Source: Patescibacteria group bacterium (GTDB lineage Bacteria; Patescibacteriota; Kazan-3B-28). From it: 64,000 bases of DNA. The position numbers and the translations under genes were made by a program. The notes under the pieces are model-generated. The model saw nothing but the letters and a program-made list of their open reading frames with translations. It was not told the DNA's origin and ran no database searches. Position 1 is the stretch's first letter, and every line of letters starts with the position of its first letter. Shown in pieces: positions 47,918 through 57,839 of the stretch. Location: NCBI GenBank assembly GCA_041649135.1, contig JBAZNQ010000001.1, forward strand, positions 227,037 to 291,036, read 5' to 3'.

Positions 47918-48541
47918 CTAACTGACCGAAGAGTCAGTAGTTGCAACAAGCACGCGGTGGCCATCGTACCACTGAAAGTCGTCAAGCCGGAACGCGCGGA
48001 AGCTCCACTGCCGGTAGTCGGAGTGCCAGCTCACGAAAGCTGCAAAGACCTCGCCATTAACACCGTACACATAGACGATGTTAACGTAGCCATTAGCAAG
48101 CAAGACTCCCCGCTTGCCATTGGGCTGCAAAGCTGTCAGTTTGGCGAAGCGAGCAAAGAACTCGCTAGCCGAGAGAACGTGATTCTCCGGCAGTTCGCTG
48201 ACTATCTGCTTGTCGTAGGCTGGCTTCTTTAGGTCGAATCTATGCAACCCTCCCTCTGGCAACGGACCGATTAGTTCAGCTGCCGGAAGAATGAACCGCT
48301 TCATGCCGTCCGACAGCCAGACATCGGAACGATCCAGTTCCTTCGGGTCGAAGACCTCGGTGGCAGGAAGCATGGCTGAAGCGATGGGCTTCAGGAAGTT
48401 GTAGACCTTCTTGACCTGCTCCACTGTGAACCGGATAGTGCCGTTAAGGATACCCTCGACGATTTCCATACCGCCGAGTTTCTTCGCCAAGGCATTGGCT
48501 TGCCCCAGTGTTAGACCCATCGCACAAAATTCCTTGCTCAT
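47918..48541 (-). CDS. DGR target protein with C-terminal variable region (CLec-like by inference)
   Basis: VR occupies the last ~45 codons; AGGAG upstream; no signal peptide seen. Confidence 0.9.
   Translation of the reverse strand: MSKEFCAMGLTLGQANALAKKLGGMEIVEGILNGTIRFTVEQVKKVYNFLKPIASAMLPATEVFDPKELDRSDVWLSDGMKRFILPAAELIGPLPEGGLHRFDLKKPAYDKQIVSELPENHVLSASEFFARFAKLTALQPNGKRGVLLANGYVNIVYVYGVNGEVFAAFVSWHSDYRQWSFRAFRLDDFQWYDGHRVLVATTDSSVS
47921..47938. promoter_or_regulatory. Hairpin immediately 3' of VR/IMH
   Basis: actgac-cgaaga-gtcagt abuts the VR end and is absent after the TR. Confidence 0.65.
47939..48054 (-). repeat. DGR variable repeat (VR)
   Basis: Ungapped match to TR with 16 mismatches, all at TR adenines of the minus strand. 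Confidence 0.95.
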
Positions 48542-48866
48542 GGCAAGTCTCCTTGGGCTTAGTTGCCCATCAGAAATTTTGCCTCTGCCTCGAGGCCCGA
48601 GTTAGAAACCTAGCTTACATCACGCTAGATTTGAACATATCCCGACCGAAGTCGAAACCAGCTCCCAACCAGATGGCGAGGACTGCTACCAAAGCTATTT
48701 TTCAAGCTCCCCAAAGACCCCCAAATACTACCCAAAAAGCCGCCCCCAGTCAATAGAATTTCGCTCCCAGCTCGCCCCGTAGTGAAATCGTCGCCAGTTT
48801 GCCTAATCTAGCAAATCAAACATTTCTACTGCTGTTACTATTACTGGAGTCAAATTTCATCCCTGA

Positions 48867-48896
48867 CCAAATATTGAACGGCCGTTCAATATTTGG
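48867..48896. repeat. Perfect 30-bp palindrome centred on CGGCCG
   Basis: ccaaatattgaacggccgttcaatatttgg. Confidence 0.9.
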
Positions 48897-49352
48897 CACC
48901 CCTCTATCTCTACCATCGAAGGAGGAATATATTGCCTGCCCGCGGACGCGGGACGCGGCCAGGGAGCCAATAAAATTAGCGCAGGCGAAGGCGTTGTTTG
49001 ACCCATCCCCAATTTTGTTTTTCGCGTAGCCCGTCGTCTGTGTCCGCCATAGCCTTGGCGATGGTGGAAGCTCGTAGAGCGAAGTCGGGTCATTCTGAAC
49101 CCTGGCTGCATCCCGCACCCGCGGGCAAACTGGTTTCAGGGTCTCTAGCCAATTTTGTTTCTATTCGTCATTCTGAACTAGTTTCAGAATCTAGATGCTG
49201 AACTAAATTCAGCATGACAAAACTGGTAATGGGAAGTTCTCCGAGAACGAAGAAAGCTAATTTTATTAGGCGAACAATCGAAACGACCCCAAAGGAAGCC
49301 TTAGGCTCTGGTGGGCGACTTTGGTTACTTTTCTTTAAGTCGGAAAACAACC
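48896..49352. repeat. Copy 2 of the structured dispersed element, with nested insertions
   Basis: Same conserved blocks as 41125-41356, separated by extra palindromes. Confidence 0.8.
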
Positions 49353-49402
49353 ATTGCTAAAGCGCAATTCGGCACTTCAAAACCAATGAAAGAAAAAACT
49401 TA

Positions 49403-49438
49403 TGCCGCTTCAGAAGACGGCCGTCTTCTGAAGCGGCA
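49403..49438. repeat. Perfect 36-bp palindrome centred on CGGCCG; imperfect copy at 3607-3642
   Basis: tgccgcttcagaagacggccgtcttctgaagcggca. Confidence 0.9.
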
Positions 49439-49563
49439 GGATCATAAGGTTCTGGACTCTCTCAACCAAGGCGGGCGGGCAAGCCCGAGGATGACACAAA
49501 AAAAGAATCAAGAATGACAAAAGCAAGAGACAAAAATGAAAAAATGATAGGGAAGTTTACTGT

Positions 49564-50181
49564 CTAAATTTTGGCTACCGGCTCAAAAATTTTCTTAATC
49601 CGTATCGGCCGCCCTAGTTCAACCTCAAATACATTGGCTTTACCAATACCACAATTCGCCTCACCAGTCGACTTCAGCTCTTCAGCCCTTAAGCTCGTCA
49701 TCAAAATTGTTAATGCTCCACCGTGCGAAACGATTAAAATATTACCAGCCGCAGATTGATCAGAAATAATTTTTTGCCAAGCCGCCATTACTCGATACTG
49801 AACTTGACTGGGTGTTTCCATGACACCATCACCGCGAAGTTGCATTTTCCAATACATTCCTCGGTTCGCTTTCCAGTCATCAAACGGAATTTTATTAGTA
49901 TATTCACCCAAATCCATATCACGTAAATCATCATTAACGATCACTTGGGGATGCCCGATGTTCAACTTAGCCACTATGCCAGCTGTTTCTTGTGCTCGTT
50001 CCCGTCCTGAAGTAAAAATTGCCGCAAGGGGAGTCGTGCTCAAAAACCGGCCAGCCTCTTCAGCTTGTCGTCTTCCCAATGCGCTCAATGGAAACCCCGG
50101 CAAATTAGAATAGACCATGTCGGTCGGATTCTGAACCGCCGCATGCCTCATCACCAAGATTTTGCGATTAGTCAAATTCAT
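49564..50181 (-). CDS. Histidine phosphatase family protein
   Basis: MRHA, LSALGRRQA, RAQETA, VSHGG. Confidence 0.85.
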   Translation of the reverse strand: MNLTNRKILVMRHAAVQNPTDMVYSNLPGFPLSALGRRQAEEAGRFLSTTPLAAIFTSGRERAQETAGIVAKLNIGHPQVIVNDDLRDMDLGEYTNKIPFDDWKANRGMYWKMQLRGDGVMETPSQVQYRVMAAWQKIISDQSAAGNILIVSHGGALTILMTSLRAEELKSTGEANCGIGKANVFEVELGRPIRIKKIFEPVAKI

Positions 50182-50432
50182 AAAAAATTATCATTTTTAT
50201 CATATTGAAAAAATCCTGAAAAAACACGAAAAAACGCAAAAAATCAGAATGTGATTTTGTGGTTTCACGCAAACCGAGCTAGTCCCCTGTCCCCAACCGG
50301 TAAAATCAGGTTAAAAATACGCTCCCAGAGCTGATTTTCTTGACTTTTCCTCCTATGAATGCTACTCTTAAACCAAGATTTCAACTCGGGAGGGTTGGGA
50401 TCAACAGCAATCTCCTACCAAAGGATGTACCC

Positions 50433-50777
50433 ATGAAAAGAGGGCCTAGCGGTTTCAAAAATTTCCGCCGCGCAATCATGACAGGAAACTTGATTGCGGC
50501 GGAAAAGTTGATTGATGGGCTAGCCAAGGAGCCCGATGGAGTCATTAGACTCCAAAAAATCTGCCGTACAGCCATGACACAGCTGTATGGTCAGATTCAG
50601 CCAGACGGAGAACTCCGGATTGAAGGTGAAGAGGCAGGAGGGTTCGCCACGTGGGTGGAAACTTACATCACTCCTCTTCTCACCCCGTCGCCGCACCCAA
50701 CCTGGTCTGCTGCAATGTCCATCTTTCTAGACCCGCAGAGCCCACTCCCCCAGTCCAATCAGATGCAAGGAACTTAA
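50433..50777 (+). CDS. Hypothetical protein
   Basis: ATG after AAGGA; followed by GC hairpin aggccccgcg-ca-cgcggggcct. Confidence 0.55.
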   Translation: MKRGPSGFKNFRRAIMTGNLIAAEKLIDGLAKEPDGVIRLQKICRTAMTQLYGQIQPDGELRIEGEEAGGFATWVETYITPLLTPSPHPTWSAAMSIFLDPQSPLPQSNQMQGT

Positions 50778-50857
50778 CTTAAGAAACTCCTTGTATACAA
50801 AACAGGCCCCGCGCACGCGGGGCCTTCTGCTTGTCTGGAGAAGAAGGGATCGTCGGC

Positions 50858-51019
50858 CTAGTTTCCCTTGGGATCATCAGACCAAGGCAAGCCGGGCAAC
50901 GCACGATGGGACGGCTTAGGTATCAACCACCGCAAGAACAGTACCAGAAGCAGTCCGACAACCCCCGCAGTCCCGACAATCATTAAAAATCGGGCATAGA
51001 GCATCAGCTCCGCTTCCAT
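50858..51019 (-). CDS. Small single-TM protein
   Basis: GGAGG upstream of ATG; hydrophobic stretch. Confidence 0.45.
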   Translation of the reverse strand: MEAELMLYARFLMIVGTAGVVGLLLVLFLRWLIPKPSHRALPGLPWSDDPKGN

Positions 51020-51105
51020 ACCAGCCTCCAGACTAAAGTTCAACTCGAATGGCTTCAGCCTACGCCAAAACCTGCTCCCAATCAAGAGAAATTCCGTACT
51101 GTCCC

Positions 51106-51603
51106 CTACGGCTCCAGCACCGCTTCCCGCTCGCCGTTATTTACCGTTAGTTTAATGTCATCAATCCCATCAATCGGAAACTGCCGAATCGTTCTGTCTA
51201 TTGTCTGGGAAATCGATCTCACCCGAGCCGAGCCGCCCATTGGAATGTCAAACTTTTCATTAAAATCTACCGTCAACGTATTGCCGGAAATTTTCACATA
51301 ATTTATTTCCGTACCAGAATTGAAACTGACCGACAAACCATCTCGGGCCTCTTCCGCCGTTGGCCCCTTAATTAATTCTTGCAAAGTCCGCTTGACCATC
51401 TCCTCAAACACATTGGTTTGAACAATTTCCCGATCCACCGATACAAACTCCATATCGGTATCAGTCATTCTCGTGAAAAACACTACTACCGAATCAGTCG
51501 TAGTATTATTTTGCTCCGCCCCCAGCCGTGGTGTATAAGTGTAAACCACAATTCCGACCGCCACCAAAATCACTATTCCAATAAACCACAAAAAATATTT
51601 CAT
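51106..51603 (-). CDS. GerMN domain protein
   Basis: LQELIKGPTAEE, LTVDF, GGSARV..I..T..QF. Confidence 0.85.
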   Translation of the reverse strand: MKYFLWFIGIVILVAVGIVVYTYTPRLGAEQNNTTTDSVVVFFTRMTDTDMEFVSVDREIVQTNVFEEMVKRTLQELIKGPTAEEARDGLSVSFNSGTEINYVKISGNTLTVDFNEKFDIPMGGSARVRSISQTIDRTIRQFPIDGIDDIKLTVNNGEREAVLEP

Positions 51604-51612
51604 TGTTGCTCC

Positions 51613-52074
51613 TTACTTATTCAGAATCCAAAAACTATATGCCAAATATGTCGCAAACGCCACCCAAGCTGCGTACGGCAATAATAATATCGCCGACCAT
51701 CTCCTCTGTTTCCACATTAGCCAGATCAGCACCAAAACGGAAATCTCAAGTCCGATCATTTCTGCAATTGCCCATTCCACCTGATGTTGAGCAAAAAACA
51801 GATAACTCCAATACGCATTCAAAAATCCATTTATTACAAACCACCACACGACTCTTGGATAATTCGCGTCCCGTTTTTTCTGGCTTAACCACAAAATCAA
51901 CGCCACCGCCGATAAAGCGTAAATTACCGTCCATACCCCGCCAATCACTGCTCCGGATGGCGCAAACGACGGAACGATTGACTGGTTTAAATACCAATCC
52001 AGCCCTTGGTTAGTTAAACAGCTCCCAATCCCAGCCGTTGCGATCACGCCCAGAATTGCCGCCAGATACTTCAT
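51613..52074 (-). CDS. tspO: TspO/MBR family protein
   Basis: WY..P..AP....VWTVIY, LNAYWSYLFF, PYAAWVAFATYL. Confidence 0.9.
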   Translation of the reverse strand: MKYLAAILGVIATAGIGSCLTNQGLDWYLNQSIVPSFAPSGAVIGGVWTVIYALSAVALILWLSQKKRDANYPRVVWWFVINGFLNAYWSYLFFAQHQVEWAIAEMIGLEISVLVLIWLMWKQRRWSAILLLPYAAWVAFATYLAYSFWILNK

Positions 52075-52493
52075 CAGAACTTCACATTCACTGAATATGA
52101 ATCAGCATTGGCTGGCAAACCAGATGGATTATCTTTCTCAAATACCAAAGTCCCCTGACTTCCCGCCGGTTGAGTTGGGAAGGTCAGGCTGGCAGTAAAA
52201 TCTACCAGATCTGTCGTCATCCAATCACCCTGCGCTTGCGCTATCGTCGTAGCCAAAACCTGATTATTGCTATTCATCAGTTTTATTGGAAATGACGCTT
52301 CAAAATACCAGTTCCCTACCGCCCGGCCAGAAATCGTCAACGGACTAGTAATTTTTTCTCGCCATGCCGGCTGGTCAATGCTGATATCAGGACGCGTCAC
52401 AACATTATTAGTACCCTGCTGGTTAGCCCAATACCACCAGAGTCCCACTACCACTACGATAAAAATCGGAACCCAAATTTTCATATTCATCAT
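52074..52493 (-). CDS. Gmad2 immunoglobulin-like domain protein
   Basis: ISGRAVGNWYFEASFPI, GDWMT, KDNPSGLP. Confidence 0.85.
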   Translation of the reverse strand: MMNMKIWVPIFIVVVVGLWWYWANQQGTNNVVTRPDISIDQPAWREKITSPLTISGRAVGNWYFEASFPIKLMNSNNQVLATTIAQAQGDWMTTDLVDFTASLTFPTQPAGSQGTLVFEKDNPSGLPANADSYSVNVKF

Positions 52494-52697
52494 TAAGCCT
52501 TCCTTGTTTAGTACCTGAATCTCGCACCGTCATTCTGGCTTGCCTGCCCGCCTTGGGAGGGACCAGAATCTTATTAAAAACATCTATACGATTCTGGATG
52601 CGGTCGCCATGACGACCTTACCAGAATGACGAGACACTCTTCATCGTCATTCCCGCGTAGGCGGGAATCCAGACAGAAACAGAAAAAGATTTATTGT

Positions 52698-53375
52698 TTA
52701 TTGTTCTTTTCTGGATCCCCGGGTCAAGCCCGAGGATGACGGGTTGGAAGGTCTAGAATGACGCAGGAGAAAAGCTTCATTCTTCACTTCCTCCATCTTA
52801 ACACTTCCTTCCCGCAACACCATCGGCCGACCTCCCCCATCCAACCTAACTAATGTTGACGGCTTGCCCGCCAATTTGCCAACATCGACATAAAAATCCA
52901 CCCCACCGCCAAAATATTTCTGTGCCGCTCTCACCGTTTCGGCCTGTGGCTCCCCTGCCCAATTTGCACTCGGTGCTACCAACGGACCGGTTTGTTTCAG
53001 TAATTTTTCCAGTCCAGCATATTTCGGCCAACGGAAAGCCAATGTCCCACCACCCCGATGTAAGTATGTCCATTTTTTGCCGAAACATTTTAAGACCACG
53101 CTTACCGTCCCCGGCCAATATTGTTGTAAAAATTTTTTCTGATTTTTATTTAATCGAACTCCAAATTTCTCCAAATCTCTCAACCCGCTAATCAAAATGA
53201 TCATCGGCTTTTTCGTTGCCCGTCGTCGCAACTTATAAATCCGCTCCACTATTGCAGAAAGCAACGCCGAACCCATCAGTCCATATAATGTATCACTCGG
53301 CATCACCCCCACTTCTCCCGCCAAAATCTGCTTCACCAATTTGCCCGAACGCAACGTCTTATAATGTGGAATCAT
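52698..53375 (-). CDS. tsaC: L-threonylcarbamoyladenylate synthase (Sua5/YrdC)
   Basis: PSDTLYGL, KPM, YWPG, APSAN, PSTLV, LREG; C-terminus runs into a repeat. Confidence 0.9.
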   Translation of the reverse strand: MIPHYKTLRSGKLVKQILAGEVGVMPSDTLYGLMGSALLSAIVERIYKLRRRATKKPMIILISGLRDLEKFGVRLNKNQKKFLQQYWPGTVSVVLKCFGKKWTYLHRGGGTLAFRWPKYAGLEKLLKQTGPLVAPSANWAGEPQAETVRAAQKYFGGGVDFYVDVGKLAGKPSTLVRLDGGGRPMVLREGSVKMEEVKNEAFLLRHSRPSNPSSSGLTRGSRKEQ

Positions 53376-53496
53376 ATTTTCATTATACTTTGTTAAACAT
53401 TGTCCCATTACTACATCAACAACCATTTCCACCAGCATTTAAGAAGGGCGGGTGCAGTCAAAAACTGCTCCCGCCCAAAATCTCTCTTCTCTCAAC

Positions 53497-54102
53497 TTAT
53501 GCTGTCGCCTCTTGTCTTGACCAACGCCCTTGTTGCCATTGCTGACGCGCTTCTTCAATGAGAGCCCGAAAACCCAACACCTTTTGCCATTCCCGATCTG
53601 TCACTCCATCCGGCCGTTCAAACCGTTTGTCATGAATATACATCTGGAATGTGGCATCAAGGTAAAATAGGTTCTCTTGTTCCCATCCACCGCCGTAGCG
53701 CAGTGGTACACCATGATGAACCTGCCCACACATACCAATCATCTTGCCGGAAATCGCACAGCGATAACCAGCTCGTTCCATACATAGCCATCTGGCTATA
53801 GCGCGGCGTTCAGACACAGACAACGAGCGCCTCCCGCTAATACCCGCAGCCATCTCATCCAGCGAGTATATCCTTTCACCAACCTCTTGTAGCGCCTTGT
53901 GATCATCGAACGCGTACCTCCGAAGGATCTTGAGATAAGCCTTGACTTGATGCCTAGAACCGCAGGTCTTCACCTGTGCCACCAGCCATCGAAGAGCCAA
54001 GATTGTCGAAGCAAACTCGGATGAAGGGAACATGACTTCACCCCTATCGTTAGCATAAGTTGTCAAAGGTACGACAACTATTTCCAGTATAACCCAACTC
54101 AC
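53497..54102 (-). CDS. HNH-like endonuclease domain protein
   Basis: RAGYRCAISG...QVHHGVPLRYGGG..ENL......H. Confidence 0.6.
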   Translation of the reverse strand: MSWVILEIVVVPLTTYANDRGEVMFPSSEFASTILALRWLVAQVKTCGSRHQVKAYLKILRRYAFDDHKALQEVGERIYSLDEMAAGISGRRSLSVSERRAIARWLCMERAGYRCAISGKMIGMCGQVHHGVPLRYGGGWEQENLFYLDATFQMYIHDKRFERPDGVTDREWQKVLGFRALIEEARQQWQQGRWSRQEATA

Positions 54103-54131
54103 TTTTTGTCCACTACCGCTATACTGGAGAT

Positions 54132-55481
54132 ATGGCTATCTCAATTAAATTCATCGGCGCCGCTGGTATGGTTACCGGCTCCAGCTATTTAGTCACAACT
54201 TCAACCCAAAAGTTTTTAGTTGATTGCGGTCTCTTTCAAGGCGGTTACGAAGCCGACCGAAAAAACTACCAGCCCTTCTCTTACGATCCAAAAACAATCG
54301 ACTTTATGATTTTGACTCATTCGCATCTCGACCATTGTGGTCTGACACCTAAATTAGTCAAAAATGGTTTTAAGGGGAAAATTTATTCCACTCCAGCCAC
54401 TCGCGAACTTACCGAAACTCTGTTAACTGATGCCGCCCACATCCAAGAACATGGTGCCACCGATCGCAATATCGAAACTTTATTTATGCAAAAAGACGTT
54501 TTAAAAACTCTCCGGCAATTTGAAACTTACAACTACAACAGAACATTCACGATTGGCGATATCAAAATTAGGCTTCAAGACGCCGGCCACATTTTGGGCG
54601 CTGCGATCGTGGAAATCTGGGCGGACGGCAAAAAAATCGTCTTTTCTGGCGACCTCGGCAACAGTCCAGTACCGATCATGAAAGACCCAACATTAATCGC
54701 TGAAGCCGATTATGTTGTTTGCGAATCTACTTATGGTAATCGTTTTCACGAACCACCCGCTAATCGCGAGAAAAAATTACTGGCCGCCATTCGTCATGCT
54801 CACAAGCGCAATGCCAAACTTATCATTCCATCTTTCGCGCTAGAACGCAGTCAGGACTTACTTTACACTCTCAATCTTTTCCGTAATACCAACCAGATGC
54901 CACACATTCCGGTAATTTTGGACAGTCCTCTGGCTATTAAAGTTACTGCCATTTATAAAAAATACACCAAACTTTTTGATGAAACTTTTCAAAAATATTT
55001 AAAAGTTGATAAAGATTTATTTAGTTTTCCAGACTTTCAGCAAGCCAATACTACTGCTGAATCCAAGAGCATAAATGATCTCAAAGGCACCGCCATCATT
55101 ATCGCCGGCTCTGGCATGGCGGATGGTGGTCGCGTTCAGCACCATCTTATCCATCATCTTGGTGAAACCGACGCTCAAGTTGTGTTTGTTGGCTTCTGCA
55201 CCTCTGGTACGCTCGGTCGCAAATTGATCGAAGGCGCCGCTCGCGTTCGGATAAAAGACATGAATATTGCCGTAAAAGCTACTATTCGCACCATCAACGC
55301 CTATTCCGCCCATGCTGATCAAAACGGACTAATGGGTTGGCTTGCCGGTTTTACCAATCATCCAACTGTGATCTTAACTCATGGCGAAGATGAAGCACGG
55401 CAGATCTTATCAAATAAAATAGCCCGCCAATTAAAGTGGAAAGTCATTCTACCCAAACTCGGACAAGTCGTAAGTCTGTAA
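54132..55481 (+). CDS. MBL-fold beta-CASP RNA-processing nuclease
   Basis: THSHLDHCG, AGHILG, SGDLG, ESTYG, SAHAD, HGE. Confidence 0.93.
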   Translation: MAISIKFIGAAGMVTGSSYLVTTSTQKFLVDCGLFQGGYEADRKNYQPFSYDPKTIDFMILTHSHLDHCGLTPKLVKNGFKGKIYSTPATRELTETLLTDAAHIQEHGATDRNIETLFMQKDVLKTLRQFETYNYNRTFTIGDIKIRLQDAGHILGAAIVEIWADGKKIVFSGDLGNSPVPIMKDPTLIAEADYVVCESTYGNRFHEPPANREKKLLAAIRHAHKRNAKLIIPSFALERSQDLLYTLNLFRNTNQMPHIPVILDSPLAIKVTAIYKKYTKLFDETFQKYLKVDKDLFSFPDFQQANTTAESKSINDLKGTAIIIAGSGMADGGRVQHHLIHHLGETDAQVVFVGFCTSGTLGRKLIEGAARVRIKDMNIAVKATIRTINAYSAHADQNGLMGWLAGFTNHPTVILTHGEDEARQILSNKIARQLKWKVILPKLGQVVSL

Positions 55482-55541
55482 TTATAGTATTTATTTTATC
55501 GGCCGCACTTCGCCGTGGCCCCCGCCCCTAGATCCTAGATA

Positions 55542-56573
55542 CTACGCTGCCCCCAACATGCCGATCACGACCCCAATTACGGCAAACACTGCACCAATTA
55601 CCCAAAATCGCATGGTTACCTTCGGCTCTGGCCAACCGATCGCCTCAAAGTGATGATGGATCGGCGCGATCAGGAAAAGCTTACGTTTATAAATCTTTCG
55701 GTAAGTCATCTGTAAAATCACCGACAGAGTTTCAACGATCGGCACAAATGCTACAAACGGCAACACCGCCAGACCAACCCCATCTTTGATCAACATCGCC
55801 ACCACCCCAAGCGTTGCCCCAAAAGCTAGCGAGTAAGTATCTCCTCCGAAGAATCTAGCCGGAAAAATGTTGAACCACAAATAAGCCAACAACACTCCCA
55901 CCACCGTCCCGCAAAAGATCGCCAAGCTCACCTGACCATTAACTAGCGCCAACACACCATAAGCCGTATAAGCGACTCCAAACAAGCCCGCCGACAAACC
56001 GTCTAATCCATCCGTAATATTAAACGCATTCGCACACGCTATGATGACAAACATGAAAATCGGGATATACCACCATCCCAAAATAAAGTCACCAATCCCC
56101 GGCAGATGAACGCTATTAAACCCAAGTTTATAGAAAAACCACCATGCGCCCAAAGCCGCCACGACCAACAACCATAACATCTTATGCCGCGCTCGTACTC
56201 CCTTTACTCCACCGATCCCACGGATATTGAACCAATCGTCAACCGCCCCGATTACCCCCACTGACAGTAGAGCAAACAACGGCAGATAAGTTTGTGAGCG
56301 AGTTAAATTGAATTTCAGCGACACCAAAATCACGATCACCCAATATAAAATTCCCGCCATCGTTGGAATATGCCGCTTATGTTTTTCGGCATGTAGCTGT
56401 TGAAATACGGTCGCCTTCGTCCCGTACAACGTCTCTTCTTTCGGCTGTTTCCAAAATTTATATCTATACAGAAAATTCGCCCAGAACGGGGTCGCTAATA
56501 GTGCCACGAAAAATCCAATCGTGGTAATTAAAAATGTCCTCAATAATTCAACTTGTAATAGACTGTCTTGCAT
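55542..56573 (-). CDS. mraY: Phospho-N-acetylmuramoyl-pentapeptide transferase
   Basis: PTMAG, DD, NITDGLDGL, FGGDT, APIHHHFE. Confidence 0.96.
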   Translation of the reverse strand: MQDSLLQVELLRTFLITTIGFFVALLATPFWANFLYRYKFWKQPKEETLYGTKATVFQQLHAEKHKRHIPTMAGILYWVIVILVSLKFNLTRSQTYLPLFALLSVGVIGAVDDWFNIRGIGGVKGVRARHKMLWLLVVAALGAWWFFYKLGFNSVHLPGIGDFILGWWYIPIFMFVIIACANAFNITDGLDGLSAGLFGVAYTAYGVLALVNGQVSLAIFCGTVVGVLLAYLWFNIFPARFFGGDTYSLAFGATLGVVAMLIKDGVGLAVLPFVAFVPIVETLSVILQMTYRKIYKRKLFLIAPIHHHFEAIGWPEPKVTMRFWVIGAVFAVIGVVIGMLGAA

Positions 56574-56579
56574 TTTGAT

Positions 56580-57839
56580 CTAACAGCGGTGTTTCACCAA
56601 CTCACGCACCAGCCGATCTAAATAAATCGTTCTGGATGCCTTCACTAATACGGTATCACCATCCAGCAAGATGGGCAAAATCTGACGAATAGCTGGTTCA
56701 ACTTCTTCTGGTCCGCCCCGCCAATTAATTTTCAGAATTTTATTTGCGTCCATTCCAGCCGCTCCCGCGCCATCTGCGATTAATGCTCCGCCCTCACCCA
56801 TCGCAATTAATAAATCAACTTTCGTTGCTACCAATTCTCCAATTTGATGATGTTGGCTGATTTTTTTATCGCCTAATTCCCTCATCTCGCCCAGAATCGC
56901 CACCCTCCTTCGCCTAGGCTCCGCAGAGCTTTGCCCGTCGGTAGCAGCGATGTCCTGCAAACTCATCAAAGCCATCTGTGTTGATTCGGGGGCGGCATTA
57001 TAAGTATCGTCAATAATCGTCCATTGGTCGGTCTTTTCAATCTGAAATCTGCCGGCAACCGGCTGTAATTGAGATAAGCCGCTTTGAATTTGTTCCGAGT
57101 TCAAAGCGAATTCCTGTCCGACTGCCCACGCCATTAATGCCGCTGGCACAAATTGCCGACCGACCGGCAAACCAACTTCCATCACTTGTTCATGATGATG
57201 CAAGCGATATCGATTCTCGCTCACCAATTCCGCCCAATAATCATTATGCTCATTCCAACCAAATGTTGTTCTACGTTGATTGGGTTTTGCCACAAATGTT
57301 TGACACTGGTCACACTCACCATTAATTACCACCAATCCCTGCTGTTTCACCGCATCAGCCAATGCTAATTTTTCCGCTGTCAATTCCGCTTGATCTTTGT
57401 AAAATTCCAAATGCGTACTGCCGATCAAAGTTATTACCGCTATGTCATATTTAAACCATTTATTAAACCAGCGAATATCATTCGGCCTGTCAGCTGCCAG
57501 TTCCAAAACTAAAACTTGTGGATACTTTTGGCGAAACAACAATTTCATCTTCGCCTGCCAAACCAATTGGCAGTATTGCCCCAGACCAATCTTCGCCTTA
57601 CCATCAGCCGTAAACACCGGCTCAAAACCGGGGGCTATCACTGATGCGGCAATGCCCCATTCAGTATTAGCGTTATACAAACTTCGCTGTACGTCATACG
57701 CTTGCTTTAACACCGCAAAAATCGCCTCCTTGACCGTAGTTTTGCCAACACTGCCAGTAATGGCAACTATCTTCACTTGATACTTTTCGGCCACTAACTT
57801 GGCCAACCAAGCCAACAGATTAAGCGCTAATCGTTTCAT
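56580..57839 (-). CDS. murF: UDP-MurNAc-tripeptide--D-Ala-D-Ala ligase
   Basis: TGSVGKTTVKE, DDTYNAAPES, LGEMRELG, VKASR. Confidence 0.92.
   Translation of the reverse strand: MKRLALNLLAWLAKLVAEKYQVKIVAITGSVGKTTVKEAIFAVLKQAYDVQRSLYNANTEWGIAASVIAPGFEPVFTADGKAKIGLGQYCQLVWQAKMKLLFRQKYPQVLVLELAADRPNDIRWFNKWFKYDIAVITLIGSTHLEFYKDQAELTAEKLALADAVKQQGLVVINGECDQCQTFVAKPNQRRTTFGWNEHNDYWAELVSENRYRLHHHEQVMEVGLPVGRQFVPAALMAWAVGQEFALNSEQIQSGLSQLQPVAGRFQIEKTDQWTIIDDTYNAAPESTQMALMSLQDIAATDGQSSAEPRRRRVAILGEMRELGDKKISQHHQIGELVATKVDLLIAMGEGGALIADGAGAAGMDANKILKINWRGGPEEVEPAIRQILPILLDGDTVLVKASRTIYLDRLVRELVKHRC

Larger units (their letters stand above)
46096..48541. mobile_element. Diversity-generating retroelement (target-VR, TR, avd, RT)
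   Basis: All canonical components present; TR/VR differ only at TR adenines. Confidence 0.95.

Noticed and set aside
47465-48232. ORFs 47465-47704 (-) and 47489-48232 (+) as genes
   Set aside because: The first is the TR read in frame, the second is the antisense shadow of TR and target
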